This document shows, one piece after another, positions 36,220-49,766 of a DNA stretch of 56,765 nucleotides (the stretch's first letter is position 1; each line of letters opens with the position of its first letter). The position numbers were made by a program, and so were the translations under genes. Location: positions 85,723,155 to 85,779,919 of the forward strand of contig NC_068982.1 in assembly GCF_001194135.2 (NCBI RefSeq), given 5' to 3'. Source of the DNA: Octopus bimaculoides. Its lineage: Eukaryota. The notes under the pieces were generated by a model. The model saw only the letters and a program-made list of their open reading frames with translations, had not been told where the DNA came from and searched no databases.

Positions 36220-38520
36220 GTAATAAACTTCTAGCACGAGCTGTTCACAAAATTTGGTGTACTGGATATAATTGTCTCTGATAACAGAACACAGTTTGTA
36301 TCTTGTGAATTTAAAAGATTCTGTGAGGTATTCATGTTAGAACATAAAACAATAGCACCATATCATCCTAGATCGAATGGAAAGGCCAAACGGTTCATGG
36401 ACACTTTTAAGAGAGCTTTAAAGAAAGTTAATAAGGAATCTATGGAAAAGGTCATGATCCAAGAATTCTTAAGGCTATACAGGGTAAATCCGAACCTAAA
36501 TACTCCAGAAGGAAGTTCACCAGTATAATTAATGTTTGTCAGAAAGGTAAAGTCAGTATTCAATAAACTCTTACCAGTGAAGAAAAAATATATATACTAG
36601 TAAAAACATGCAAAAATTCTTTAGAATCAGTAAGAATGTACAAAAATAGCAAGCAATATTTGGAAGGATAAATTGTAACATGCATAGGAAGAATGATGTA
36701 TGGTGTAAGAAGCAGAAATGGAATGGAAAGGAGACATAGAAATCTGCTTTGGGAAAAAGTCATAGAAAAGGAACTGACATGAGTAGAAATACCGATGGAT
36801 TGGCTATATGACACTTTTCAGGTTCCAACACCATTACAAGAAGTCTAAACCATACATACAAGGAAAAAGAACACTGAATTCCTAAAAGTAGACCCTAAGA
36901 AGAAAAGATATTGTTAAATAAAATAATTAAAAGGGGAGATGTTGCATAATGAAACAGTATACTAGTAAAAAGTGGTAGGGGTCAGCCATTATAAATAGAC
37001 CAGTAGACGATCGTAAAGAGAACATCGAGAGTTGAAGAGATGAGAGTCAACAGTTCTAGTTGGTGTTTTGTGAAGCTATTAGTGATAGTAAGACAGAGGT
37101 TAGTGTATTACTATTCTGGTATGGAGAGATATAATGGTATCCGATGACAAGTAACTATTGTGGATACTAGCATAAAACAGCAACTACAATACAACGGCAG
37201 TCACATGTCACACCAGTGGGAGGAACCCACTTTACAACACATACTTACTGGGTTTTGTAAGCCCTCCAAGACTGATGTGATTAATGTTATTAATGTTCCA
37301 CTTAAACTATTGCAAAATGACACCTGCAAGAAAGAGATGAGTAGGGAGACATTTCACAGGGCCAGTGTTCTGTGGAGCAAAGATTGGATGTGTTGATCAT
37401 TGTAGAACCTGGGAGATGAGATGGGATTCAACACTACGTGGGTGAAGAGAGGAGGAGAAATGAGTGGATTGGGAGTGTCTGAGTGGAGATTGTAAGAAAC
37501 CAGCGAGTGTTGAAGAACTGAAGTCATTGTAGTAGTATTAGTAGTAAAAGCAGAAAAAAGAGACAGCACACCTGTAGACCAGAGTGATTTGTTGCTAGTC
37601 AGATAACTAGCCTTTCTCTGGATATAGTCTAGTATGTCTCTGTGCAGCAGCAGTATCCTGGACACAGGAGCAATTTTCCATTGTGGGCCATACTTCAGTT
37701 TGTAGAATGTCATCAATTTTTTGCACATAAATATTTTCTGGTTCTGAAGGGAAGTACCAGTCTTTGTTAAGTAGTCTTAGCTATGTTAAGAATTTGGTTC
37801 TGCCAGGAAAGATACCTGGTAATAGTGAAGCCTAGTATTTGGGTTCTAGATTAGTACTAAGGATTGTGTTGGGCAATAGTGTTTTCTTGATATAAGTTTT
37901 TTTTTCTTCTTTTTCTCTTGAGTTTTATAAATTTGTGAGTTTATCAATTTAAATTACATGGTTAAAGACAATCTCTACTGGCTGCATTACTAGATATCCC
38001 CTGAAAAACGTTTATATTTCAATAGGCTAAACCACCTAGCTACAAGTACATATCGTGAAGAAATAAAAAGATATCCCAAGGAAGCACAGTTCTGCTATAT
38101 CACTGGTCAATATTTTGTTTGTTTGTTTTTTCAGTTGATAGGATTTAATGATCTAGACTCCTGCTCCTATCCAGAGATAAGGAAGTTTTTTAACTATATA
38201 ATGTCTTGAATGCTGAGATAAACTGCAGCACACTTTGTTTACTTGTTCAGGGTGCTTCATAAAACAAGAATCTGTTATGAAAAGTCATTCTGAAATTAGG
38301 CACAATCAATATCCAGATCTATCTCAGTGTTTCAGAAAGATCTCAGTGTTTCAACTCTACCAGCAAAACCATAGAAATTTCTAACATTTGATATGTGTTG
38401 ACTGATTTACAAGTAATGCATGGGCATTGTCTGATGTGGCCAGAGAATGAAAGGAGTTTTGATGGTAATGAGAAAACATTAATATATCAGCAAAATACTT
38501 ATTGATGGTTCTCTTAACAG

Positions 38521-38620
38521 GTGGTGTACATTGTCTCAGTCTAACAAATTATGTAACTACAAGATACATTTAGGAGAAGATCATTCTTGGTACTCAATCT
38601 CAGAATTTTGTCGAAATCGA
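38521..38620 (+). CDS. RAB3IP: Rabin8/GRAB exon, phase 2-0
   Basis: ttaacag|...|gtaagt; (R)WCTLSQSNKLCNYKIHLGEDHSWYSISEFCRNR, compare KCAL....CKHRIKLGD..YYISPFCRYR. Confidence 0.93.
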
Positions 38621-38959
38621 GTAAGTATGATCTGTTTCAGTTTTGTTTATATAATACTAAAACAATGGCATATTTTTCTTGAATTTTCTTCATACTTATT
38701 TTCAGAAAGAAATCAGCAGTTTAAAAATTAAATAGTCTTGTCATTAAGACTTGTACAGAAAGAGTAGCTATTTTTCTTTTATGGTTTACACTGAGGAGGA
38801 AGGATACCTCTCTAAGGTGTGCAAAACTGGTGGAGGGAAAGAAGAAAACCCATGACTCGAGGTAGTTACAGCAGAGAACAATGTATCAAGAAATTGAATT
38901 ACTCTCTGAACTGTTCCAGTACTTACAACAGAGTGTACTCCACTAAGAGCTATTTTATG

Positions 38960-39130
38960 TTTGCTTTCCATACTGGCATGGGTTAAATGGTTTCATAGGA
39001 CTCAATAGGTCAGAGGCCTACATCTTGCTCCAGTGTCTCAGTTTTAGCATGTTTCCTATAGATAGATAAACTGTGTAACACCAGTCACTTTACAGAGTGT
39101 ACTGTGTGCAATTTTTCATGTCACAAATAT
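38960..39130 (-). mobile_element. Decayed RTE-type 3' tail
   Basis: GCTTTCCATACTGGCATGGGTT..CACTTTACAGAGTGTACTG resembles other tail copies. Confidence 0.6.
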
Positions 39131-39759
39131 TATAGACTCAAATAGAGTGACAGAGGATTGCAAATGTACAGTCCCTCTCCCATCCAAGTATCATGGTGAA
39201 TAAAAGAAAGAGAAGAAGCAGAATATGGTTGGTGAAGGTAGGAGGATCTAGAATGCATAGGTTATTAGATAGGTATAGAGAGAGTGAAGGAATTTGGTAT
39301 GCCACTATAAATGGCTTGGAATGATCAGTAAAAGAGATGAAGTTGTACAGAATAGACACAGTGGAGACACACACACACACACACATATGTATGTATGTAT
39401 GATTGCTCGAGTACGTAAAGCTATAAAAGTAAGAATGGTAACCTGCTTGAAGCATATAGTGAAATGCATCACATGTAAAATTTGACCCCTTATTTTGAGC
39501 CAAAAATCCAGAATTTTCCATGTATCTCACATATAAACTGACACTAGTTCTTCACAGATCAACATTTGTAAATGAAGGGAATATTCCATATATAAATGTT
39601 ATGATGTTGAAATTAGTTTTTTTTTTTCTGTTAGCTTGTTATCAGTATGTTTTGATGTATAATTCACATCATTAGAGTTCACGTTTCTTAAAGTTCATTA
39701 TCGAACAAGCTACGTCAACATCTTTTTGGCAACTTGGTCAACATCATTTTCCATATACA

Positions 39760-40925
39760 CTTGTAAAATGCAGCTGTATAGTTGAGGCTTTAAAATATGC
39801 CATAATTTTGTGTAAAAATGTCTTTCCTGAAGATTATATTATACAGCAGCTTTAAATCTACTAGTTATTAGTTGCTAAGAAGACAAGTGCTAAGCAAGAG
39901 AATTTTGTTTCAAAGAAACAGCCTGGAGAAAGATATTGAACAAGTTTCAAATAATGCCAAAATATGGGCTAACAGAAATGAACCAAACAAGTGTTCTCAA
40001 CAAGAGAAAAAATGTTACAGAATGGCTACTTGAAAATCATGAAAATTGAGATTGTGTTGCTCATGCACTTCTCCAAATCCATGCACAAAAGGAATCAAAG
40101 AAGGATGAAATTTGGAATTTTAAAGCAAGTGCTCGATGGCGCATTAAGTTCATGAGATTTAGTTCGTGTAACTTAGTACTTTGGCAGAGTACCAAAATGG
40201 CATCAAAGTTGCCTGCTGATCTAGATGATAAGATAATACAATTTCACTAGTTTGTAATTAGAAATTAGCTAAAAGAAAGCTAGAAGTCATGATATATTTG
40301 GAACGTGAACAAATTGTCTATTACTTTTGACATACAAGGGAATCAAGCTATCAACCAAAAAGGAGAAAGAAATAGTACTTACTATCTGATATACAAAATA
40401 AAAAAAACTCAAGCAATCGTACATTTCTCATGGTTCTTATCACTGGAGAAATCTTGTTTGGAACCAGTTTAAGGTACATCTAATGAAAAACATTTAAGAA
40501 CCTCCAATCACAAAACACTCAGCTTTAATTCCTGGTGGACTGACAAATGATTTGCAACCATATAATGCTTTTATGAATATGAGAGTCAAGTGAAACAACT
40601 GAATGCTTGATGAAAGAATAACATAAATGAAAGGAGGCAATATGCAGGCTCTATCAGTACCCATGAGCTGTGATCATTGATTCAAAGAAGGAAATAAAAG
40701 CTGGTACTCTTGTCAGACTATTCAAGATATGTGGAACTATGAATGCATTGAAATTTTCAGATTATTACCTATGGGATGAATGAAAGAAGAAGTGGATGAT
40801 GTGCTACCTCTAACTATGAGGAGCGAGGCTGATAATCCTTATGATGATATCCATCTTGGTAATTATGAAGCATTATTCTGCACTGAAGATAATGAAAAGT
40901 GTGATTTTGCAGGATTTTACTGAAC
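39760..40925 (+). mobile_element. pogo-family transposase pseudogene, intronic
   Basis: FKASARW..KFM; QSTKMASKLPADLDDKI.QFH; TFD..GNQAI.QKGE; WNFQ-like remnants; acidic tail ending DFAGF; many stops. Confidence 0.7.
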
Positions 40926-41288
40926 TTTTGTGTTTGAACTGTTAAGCTGTAGCCTGCAATTGTAATTTAAAAGTGTATTAATTTCTACTTCACTTTGTGA
41001 ATACATAACTAAAAGTTTACTAATTCCCTTTTTCCCCTTCAAATTTATTTAGAGCACTTCTGCTACTGATAAGGTATTTTGGATTCTAATGTAAATTTCA
41101 GCTCCTCAAAAGTAGTATCCATGTAATATTCATCTCATATGTTTAATATTTTTAAAATGGCGTAAAAAATTGAACTTTTACACTATTATTATTACTTGTA
41201 AAATCATCATTATTAGTAATATAATAAATAATTGTAATTTATTTATCTTGCTCAATCTTTTCAACTTCATTTTGTCATTTTATTTCAG

Positions 41289-41355
41289 ATTACATCTGTA
41301 TGCAACTTTTACACATACATTCGTTACATTCAACAAGGTTTGGTTAAAGGTGAAG
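41289..41355 (+). CDS. RAB3IP: Rabin8/GRAB penultimate exon, phase 0-1
   Basis: tttcag|...|gtgagt; [22 protein letters not shown](D), near-identical to the recalled [20 protein letters not shown]. Confidence 0.97.
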
Positions 41356-41814
41356 GTGAGTTCATATACTATTTACTTCCTTTTAATCTTTCTTCTGTGT
41401 GGCAATATTCATTGTGACAGTTACAGTTAAGGTTTCTTTTAAAGATTTTAAAAAAAACATTACTTTCAAATATCATGAGTTTGAACAAAGAAAAACATTT
41501 TTCTCTTAGTATATAAAGAAATTTTTGAACAATCATATGCTAATTATGTAAAAATGACAAAAATATTGATAAAAGAAATAAGAGAAGTGCCATACATCAT
41601 TCAGTATTTATTCATTTCATGTTATTGATGTCTTAATCACAACAAATTTGTTATGCTGCTTAACTGATCTCCACTGTAAACATCTGATGTTCACTACATA
41701 ATTCAGTTGTAAAAATTTTATTTAATAACTGTCTTTGATTAATATTGAAATAAATTTGCAATTTCAAAAATAATTATTTTATAAACAATTAGAAAATTAA
41801 TATTTTACTTTCAG

Positions 41815-41885
41815 ACAAATCTGTATTTCTTGAAGTGTTGAATTTAAGAAAGAAGATGGCATTGGCACGCCTTGGTTACTCTTGA
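41815..41885 (+). CDS. RAB3IP: Rabin8/GRAB last coding exon
   Basis: tttcag|AC AAA...TGA; KSVFLEVLNLRKKMALARLGYS*, compare [20 protein letters not shown]. Confidence 0.95.
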
Positions 41886-42190
41886 AATGACTCTCACATG
41901 TTCAGCTGCCCTCACTTATATACTGCTAACCTGGAAAGAAAAGCTTGGAAATTCAACCAACAGAAATAACTTCAGTGTTCATTATGTTGAAACCATACTT
42001 TTCAGCTTATTCAATTTGACTTTTTGAAAAGAGATATCTTTACTGGTTTCTCTTGTAAAATCAGTACATTTTAATTTAGAGATTATTTTTCAGATAAAGT
42101 TTCTTAACTGTAATTTAAATGTTATCTTATGTTACTTTAACATTATTGTAGTTATTGTAACTATTTTGTGTTGAAGACTATGTTGACTTT

Positions 42191-42246
42191 AATAAATTGA
42201 CTTCTTTTGTTTCAAAAAATATGATAGAAGTTTATGACAAAATAAA
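42191..42246 (+). promoter_or_regulatory. Candidate polyadenylation signals
   Basis: AATAAA at 42191-42196 and 42241-42246, about 310-360 nt after the stop; common in AT-rich DNA. Confidence 0.4.
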
Positions 42247-43149
42247 ACCCAAAGATATGAACCAAAGCTAAAATTTAAAACTGTAAAAAAAATCATTAAA
42301 AATACTTCCTACTTATTTTACTTTGTCGTCCTTACCAAGCTGTTGAGTATTCTTCTATGTTGTTCTAGGACCCCCACCAGCACAACATTCACTTCCAGCA
42401 GCCATCATGTCTCCTTCCTGCTGCTCCTATATATTAATCAGCTCCCTGACTATTGTGTTGCTTCTCTAATAATTTACCCTGGCTGTCATTCATTTCCATG
42501 CATATTGAAAAAGCGATGAGCAGATGAGTTGTTTTGTTTTGTTTGTTTTCTCGCTTTAATCTTTGCATCATTCTATCCCATTAATACTAACCCATCTAAA
42601 TTTAATGTAATTTAATCATACCTTTACCTTTAATTACCTTCTTTCCTCCTAACTGTCACTGTGTAAAATTTTATCTCATTGCCACTCTCCAACAGAAATA
42701 ACTTCAGTGTTACTGCTTTGGCTCTAAAAGACTCAGTTGCTCTGTCTTTTCCTCATCCAGAATGCACCCACCTTTTCCCACCCCCACCACCTATATCAAA
42801 AACCTCTCTTCTGTACTGGAACCTCTCTTGGCAACCCTCCTTCTGTTCTCCACCCCCACCCACCTCAGTAGTCTCATCCACATTGCTGCAATACAAATAC
42901 CATAGCTTGTTACTTTGCACCAAAATATTATTTAGTTAATTAACTGATTAACTATATTATCTATCTGTTTATAACAAATTAACTATTTTTGCTTATTTAT
43001 CTATTTATTTATTTATTTGTATTAACAATGCTTGTATTAATGATTGTATAGCACCCACTTCCAGTGGAGGCAGCAAGTATAACACAAATGAATGATGGTA
43101 GATTAAATATGAGGACAACTGATATGACATGTCTATTGTCAAATGCTCA

Positions 43150-45065
43150 TTAGAACCTTCTTTTCAGCTGCTGGATGCTGCCATCCACACCCCTTTCACT
43201 TCCTCAGAGTTGGCATTGTCAGTGTAGGCATGTTGAAAGGTAGGTCTGGGGAGATTGTTGAGACGCTTGAATGAAGGTGTGTCAATGTGTGTTGCATTCA
43301 AGAAGTAAGGTGGAGGGGAACTTCAACAGGCAAAAAACATAGGTATGAAATCTGGGAAGGCAACAGTGATAACGTAGGTGGTGCAGACATACTTCGAGCA
43401 GAAAAATTGAGGTAGTCAGAGCGTGCAATAGGCTACTTAAGCTTAGAATAGTTTTACAGAGTGGCACAGCAACAATCATCTCTGCCTATACCCACCAACC
43501 AGTTCTGCCAAATGAACAAAAGGATCATTTTTATGATATTCTTTTGCAGGCTACCTTAAAGACAAATGACCTTACCTTCATGGTTGGTGATTCCAATGGA
43601 CATATTGGGCAGCACCCAGGTGTCTTCCATGGTGTATGTCAGGCCATGGAATTGGTTGCCGAAATTAAGAGGAAACAAGGTTACTGGAGTTCTGTGATGT
43701 GAATAACTTATTGATCTGCAACACCAATTTCACAAAACAGTCAGTCACCTAGTAACCTATAAATCTGGTCACTACACTAGCCAGATTTGCTACATTCTCA
43801 TCAGAAAGCAAGATATATGGTTGCTCATAAATGAAAAAACCTTCCCAGGGATCAGTTCTCAGTCCTTTCTTGCTTATCATATTATTCCAGTCCATAACAG
43901 AAACATTTAAGACAGGCTTTCCCTAGAAGTTCCTCTATGCTGATGACCTTCTTATTGCTGAATCACTACCAAAACTGGAGAAGATATTTCAGGTGTGGAA
44001 ACAAAGTCTGGAATCAAAACCCCTTAGAGTTAATTTAGCAAAGACCAAAGTCCTAGTAAGTAGGAAAACAGACAAATCACAAGTTCCTTCAGGGAGATGG
44101 TCCTACTCTGTACGAAGAAAGGGTGTTGGTAGAAACTCCATGCAGTGTACCCAGTGCAAGCTATAGACACAAATGTCCAGCGCCAAACTTTAGAAGTGGT
44201 AGACAGCTTCTATTACTTAGGTGACCGAGATAGCAGTGCTACTAGAATAGGAACGGGCTGAGCAAAATTTAGAGAGATGCTACCTTTGTGGGTAACAAAG
44301 GGCCTCTCCCTCAGACTGAAAGGTGGATTGTATGATGCCTGTGTACAAACAGCTATGTTACATGCTATGAAACATGGGCTGTGATGTGTGAGGACATGCA
44401 AAGGCTTGAAAGAAAGGAAGCCAGCATGCTCTGCTGGATGGGTAATGTCAGTATGCATGTACAATAGAGTGTAAATGATCTGAGAGAAGAATTGGGTATA
44501 TCAGGCATCAGATATAGTGTGCCAAAGAAAAGACTGTAGTGGTATGGTCATGTGATACATATGGATGAGGATAGCTACATCAAGAAGTACCAGTCTCTAA
44601 TTGTGGAGGGAATGTGTAAAAGGGTTAGACCTAGGAAGACATGAGATGAAGTGGTGAGAAAGGATCTTCCAACCCTGGGCCTCACAGAGATGACAAGGGA
44701 TCGAGACTTCTAGTGGTTTGCTGTGCTTAAGAAGACATGCCAAGCCAAGTAGAATCGTGGTTATCCATGTATACAGGCATGTCCTCTACATTCCTTTCTC
44801 AGCCAATAGATCCTAGTCTTGCAGATTTGTGGGTGTTGGTGACATGTAAAAGTACCCATGCTGGTGCCATATAAAAGCACCCATGCCAGTGCCATGTAAA
44901 AGTACCCAGTACAATCTGTAAAGTGGTTGGAATTAGGAAAGGAATCCAGTCATAGAAACCATGCCATAACAGATAGTTGGAGCCTGGGCAGCTCTCCAAC
45001 TGGCCAACTCTTGTCAAACTGTCCAACCCATGACAACATGGAGAACTGACATTAAAAGACAATGA
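43150..45065 (+). mobile_element. Old RTE LINE with large internal deletion
   Basis: EN start (RVG..LKGRSGEIVE..CIQEVRW), GDSNGHIG, jump to LYADDL at about 43935, C-terminus and 3' tail at 44920-45060. Confidence 0.9.
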
Positions 45066-45479
45066 TATATATACCAACTGTATCATTGCTATCCTGTTGT
45101 TTTCCCTCTATATACCCTGATTTCACTAGTCACTGCATCCTTCCCTTTTCCCCCACCTCTTTTGTATTCACAGGAACTCCTTATTCATGCACCCTCAGCA
45201 ATTCTTTACCATCCCATTTATATTTTCATCTCTGTGCTTTCAGAGTATGCCTGGCACATTGCCACCTCTTCTTTCCCTCATTCTTACTCTCTCTCACTTT
45301 CTTCCACTCTTACTCTTTCTCATTCTCCTTCACTCTCTCTCTCTGATTGGGGTAACCATGTATCTCCTCTACAGCAAAACACCTGTTTCTGTCTCTCTGT
45401 CATACTCTAACATCTTATTATCTAGCATAAAGCCACCTCCTTTAACCTTCCCATCTCAAAATGTCTTCATTTTGAAAAT

Positions 45480-45975
45480 ACTTGGTGACCTCACTGGTGC
45501 TGGTTCCACATAATATGTTTGGCATTTGGAAGACCATCCAGCTGTAAAAAAAACCTTGCCAAAGTAGATCTCACCAGCATTGGTGTTATGTAAAAAAAAA
45601 CACCCAGCCCATTTTGTAAAGTAGGTGGTAATAGGATGGGAATCCAGCCATAAAAAAAAACATGCCAAAACAGACCTTACCAGTGCTGGTGCCACATGAA
45701 AAGCATCCAATCCATTCTGTAAAGTGGCTGGCATTAGGAAGGGTACCCAACCATACAAAACTATGCTGAACAGACTTTGCTAATGCTGGTTCTATGTAAA
45801 AAACACCTAGTCCACTTTGTAAAGTGGTTAGTGTTAGGAAGGGCATCCAGCCATCAAAACCTTGCCAAAACAGAAGGGGAGCTTGGTGCTGTCCTCTGGC
45901 TTGTCACCTCCTGTCAAACTGTCCAACCCATGCCAGCATGGAAGATAGATGTAAAATGATGATGATAATGATAAA
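45480..45975 (+). repeat. Tandem multimer (about 4 x 100 bp) of the RTE 3' terminal motif, ending in an RTE tail
   Basis: Repeated GTAAAGTGG..GGCATTAGGAAGGGCATCCAGCCAT..AAAACCTTGCCAAAACAGA units; ends CCAACCCATGCCAGCATGGAA..(ATG)n. Confidence 0.8.
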
Positions 45976-46849
45976 TATATATAATTAAATAATGTATACC
46001 ATCATTATCATCATTGTTTTAACATCCACATTCCATTCTTGCCTAGGTCAAATAGATATTGTTGAGGCAAATTTTCTACAGCAGAATGCCTTTCCTATTG
46101 CTAATGCTCCAATGCTTCCAAACAAGGTAATACTTACATATAGCAAGACATTTCAAGGAAAATTGTAAAAAAAGGACACTGCTTGTGTAAAAAGTGACTC
46201 TAATTTATAACTTATTTACTTGATGTTAAGACACAGCAACACAAACACTCATGCATGCACACACATATATGCATACATATACATATCACTATCATAATTT
46301 AAATTTGTTTCCCATGCAAACATTGGTTGGATGGTTTAACAAAGATCACATGAACTAGAGGAATGCATCGAGGCATAATGTCTGCTTTAGTATGGTTTCT
46401 ACTTTTGGATGCCCTTCCAAATGCCAGCCACTTTATGGAGTACACTGGGTGCATTTTTCATGGCATGGGCTCTTGGTGAGGTTGCCTTTAGAGCAGTGTT
46501 TTCCAAACTGTGTGTCACCAGCAGGGAATCAGTGTGTTGCAAACATACAGGAAACCAATATATAAAATACCCAATACCAATTTGTTTCAGCTTTTTGGAA
46601 TCTGTTTGTTAGCATAGCAAACATGTAAATGCATGTACCTACCAGCTATCGTTTCCCACTTAATGTTTGGAGGCCAGATTAAGAAAAAAGCAAAAAAAGC
46701 ACAAGTAATCTTCATTATATAATGCTCATTTTCATTGTATTCAGTATAAAAGGATCAATATATTACAAGTGCTATTCTCTTGTCCAAAGTAAATTGAAAA
46801 TTGATTAAAAACTATCAAATTTACACTTGTTTTAGTGAGCGAAACACAC

Positions 46850-47590
46850 TTATCTTTCTCTGTCTTACTCCCTTACTTCTGTTAATCATGCTTCTCTCTC
46901 CCTCTCTCACTTCTCTTAGTAATGCTTCTCTATCTCTCTCTTGCTACTTTACGTCTTCCAGTAATTCTTCTCTCTCTCTTTCTTTTACTACCTTACACCT
47001 TCCAGTAATTCTTCTCTCTCTCCCTCCCTCTCTCTCTGTTTCTTCACCCTCTCTCACAAACTCCCTTACTAGTAATGCTTCTTTCTCTCTTTCCCACTCC
47101 CTTGATCCAGTAACGTTTCTCTCCCTCCCCCTCTCTTACCCCCTTACATTTAACATAATCAATTCTCTCTCTCCCTATCACTCTATTATTTCCTTATTTC
47201 TTCTGGTAATGTCTTTGCCTCTCTCACTTTCTCTCTCTCTTTCTTTTCCCTTTTTTAGTAATGCTTCTCTCTCTCTTTCCCATACTTCATTTAGTCATGC
47301 TTCTCTTTCTCTCTCTCTCCCCCACACACTTACTTCATTAAGTAATGCTTCTTTCTCTTTCCCTTTCTTCTTTCAGTCATGCTCCTCCCTCTCTCTCACT
47401 CACTCTCTTACTCCCATACTTCTTTTTCTCTCTCTCTTACATCTTTACTTCTAGTAATGCATGTACCCCTCTCTCCATCTCTCTTTCATGTCCTTCCTCC
47501 TTCTGATAATGCTTCTTGTTCTCTCTCCCTCTCTTTCTCTCTCTTACACACCCCCTTTCTCTGTCTATCTCTGTCTTACTCCCTTCTTTG
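46850..47590. repeat. Degenerate CT-rich minisatellite (TAGTAATGCTTCTCTCTC units)
   Basis: Direct reading. Confidence 0.85.
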
Positions 47591-48312
47591 TAAATATAAT
47601 CTTCACAGCTATTAGTCAATGTATATTAACCCATTACTTCCCAATTACACATGTGAGTGCAAACAATTTAAATTGCAAATCTGAGAAAACAACAATTTTA
47701 AATTTCAAAATTTTCAATTGATTTCATGCTGATTTGCAACATTTTTGGAATTCATGGTTTTAAGAAAGGTTCTTACTTCAGTGCAATGTTTGGTAAATAT
47801 AAACTGCACTACTATTCCTAAACACATATTAATACATTACTAATCAATCTAACAAGTGTGAGTGAGAAAACTTAAATGTCAATAATGATGTTTATTAACC
47901 TGAGGAAACAACACTATATTATTTTGAAATTTTTCAGTGATTTTATTCTGATTTGCAAAATTTTTGGTATTCATTGAATTGTCTGCTTAGTATAATCTTG
48001 AGAGCTATTAATAAATGTATCAATCAGACAAGGGAGTTACAAACCATGAACATCACTAATGATGAATATTAGCACACAAGTGCTACCAGGTTTAAGCTTC
48101 AGTGAAATGTGTGGTAAATGTAATGTTCTCAGTTATTAGTCAATGAGAACTCATTGTTTTTCAATTTCACATGTATGAATGAGAAAAATTAAAATTGCAA
48201 ATCTTAAAATTTTGCCTCAGAAAAGCACAATTTTAGATATCAAAATTTTTGTATGATTTCAAGCTGATTTACAACATTTTTGGTCTTCTCTAAGATTGAA
48301 ATATTTGGTAAA
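47586..48312. repeat. Degenerate tandem array, three units of about 200-300 bp
   Basis: Recurring GTAAATATAA.., CATGTGAGTG, CTGATTTGCAACATTTTTGG at about 47730, 47950 and 48265. Confidence 0.75.
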
Positions 48313-48314
48313 TA

Positions 48315-49766
48315 CACTGAACCACAAAAGAAATGCAAAACATGTGTGACTGAGAAATATGTTTTAATTTCATTATGTCAGAGATAAATTTTGATAAATC
48401 TGATAAAGTTAATTTCTTGGATGCACTTTGACCACAGTCTATGGGTCGTCATGTGTTCTGGTAGTGGGTTGTCATGTGATCTGGTAGTGGGTGTATGCCC
48501 TCCCTGGGTGTTCAAAACAGCCATACACCATTGGTACATAGAGTGCATGAAGTGGTTCACAAAAGCCATTGGCACCTGTGCCCACACTCTGAGGAAAGCT
48601 ACCTCCAGTTCCACACGAGTTATCAGTCTTGGGACCATCTGGTTCAGCCATCTTTGGATTTCATCCCACAGGTGTTCAATTGGGTTCAAATTCAGGCTGA
48701 GAGCCGGCTATGGCATGGTTCTGATGTTGTGCTGATGCAGGAAGCCCATGGTGACCCTGACTGTGTGTGAGGGAGCATTGTCCTGCTGGACTACATGGCT
48801 ATGGTGATGTGTGAAGAAGGGCACGCTGTGAGGTCTTAGGATCTGGTCAACGTAACACTGCACTGTGATGCCATTCCCTCTGTCTGCACCAACATTTTGG
48901 AACACATGGGGCCCAGTTCTCTGATTCAGGCCTATAGCACCCCAAACCATAATGCTTTGGCTACCCCACGCATCTCTATCCATGACACATGCGTCTCTGT
49001 ATTCACCCCTCCTGTACCACACCCTCTGCCATCTGAAGTGGAAATGCAGTCCTGGCTCCATTGTTGATGCCGCCAATGTCGGTGGTGTGTTGCTACAAAG
49101 CACTGACATTGGCAGGCCCTCAAGTAGGATGATGGCAATGCAGGTTGTTAGTGGCCAGTTGATGTCATACCGTATTGTCGCTGATGGATTGTTGTCCAGT
49201 GCCAATGGTCTTGTGAGCTGTCATGCTGGCCAGTCTGAAGTGATCATGGAGGTGTTGCAGGTGGATGATGCAAGTGGTCACTTGGGGCTACCCTCTGTGG
49301 CACTGTCTGCAGTGCTGTTGGTATTGTTGTATTGCAGTTGCAGGCAATAGATGGTGCTGACATGGACATTGTAAGCTTTTGTAACAACCAGGGCATGCTG
49401 CCCTGCTTGCAATTGATTGATAGCTTGTTCTCTCTGCACTGCTGGCAGTCAGGTCATACCTGATGCGTCCAAATTACAAACGCCAGGAACACAGTTCAAG
49501 TTGATTTTTATACCCATAACCTCCATGAGATGCATGTGCATTTTGGTTTTCATGACAATTGTTTGCGACTGCCACCCACAGCATTCAATGCAGCTGTGTT
49601 TTGGCATCTCATTTTGGGGAAAGTTGAAAGGTTACCTGCAATTTGGGTCTCAACCATAAACCAGCATGTCTTCGAAGATTTACTCTTACATCCACAAAAG
49701 AAATTTTCAGAATTTACCATATAAAAATGACATTTGAAAAAATTGTGTTTCTTTTGTGGTTCAGTG
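48315..49766 (-). mobile_element. Tc1-family (DD34E-type) transposon, decayed
   Basis: TIRs CACTGAACCACAAAAGAAA at both ends, TA duplication; WGAIG, QQDNAPSH, NPIEHLWDE motifs. Confidence 0.95.

Larger units (their letters stand above)
33450..37239 (+). mobile_element. Ty3/Gypsy LTR retrotransposon, RT/RNaseH deleted, intronic
   Basis: LTRs 33450-33755 and 36940-37239 (TGTTG..ACAA[T/C]A); PBS-like TGGTGACAAGG; PPT AAAAGGGGAGA; TSD CATAT/CATAC; gag with two Cys-His knuckles, protease remnant PLD.ESDITIV, integrase GHPGISRMK, WSRLHIDFAG, IVSDN, YHPRSNG. Confidence 0.93.
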
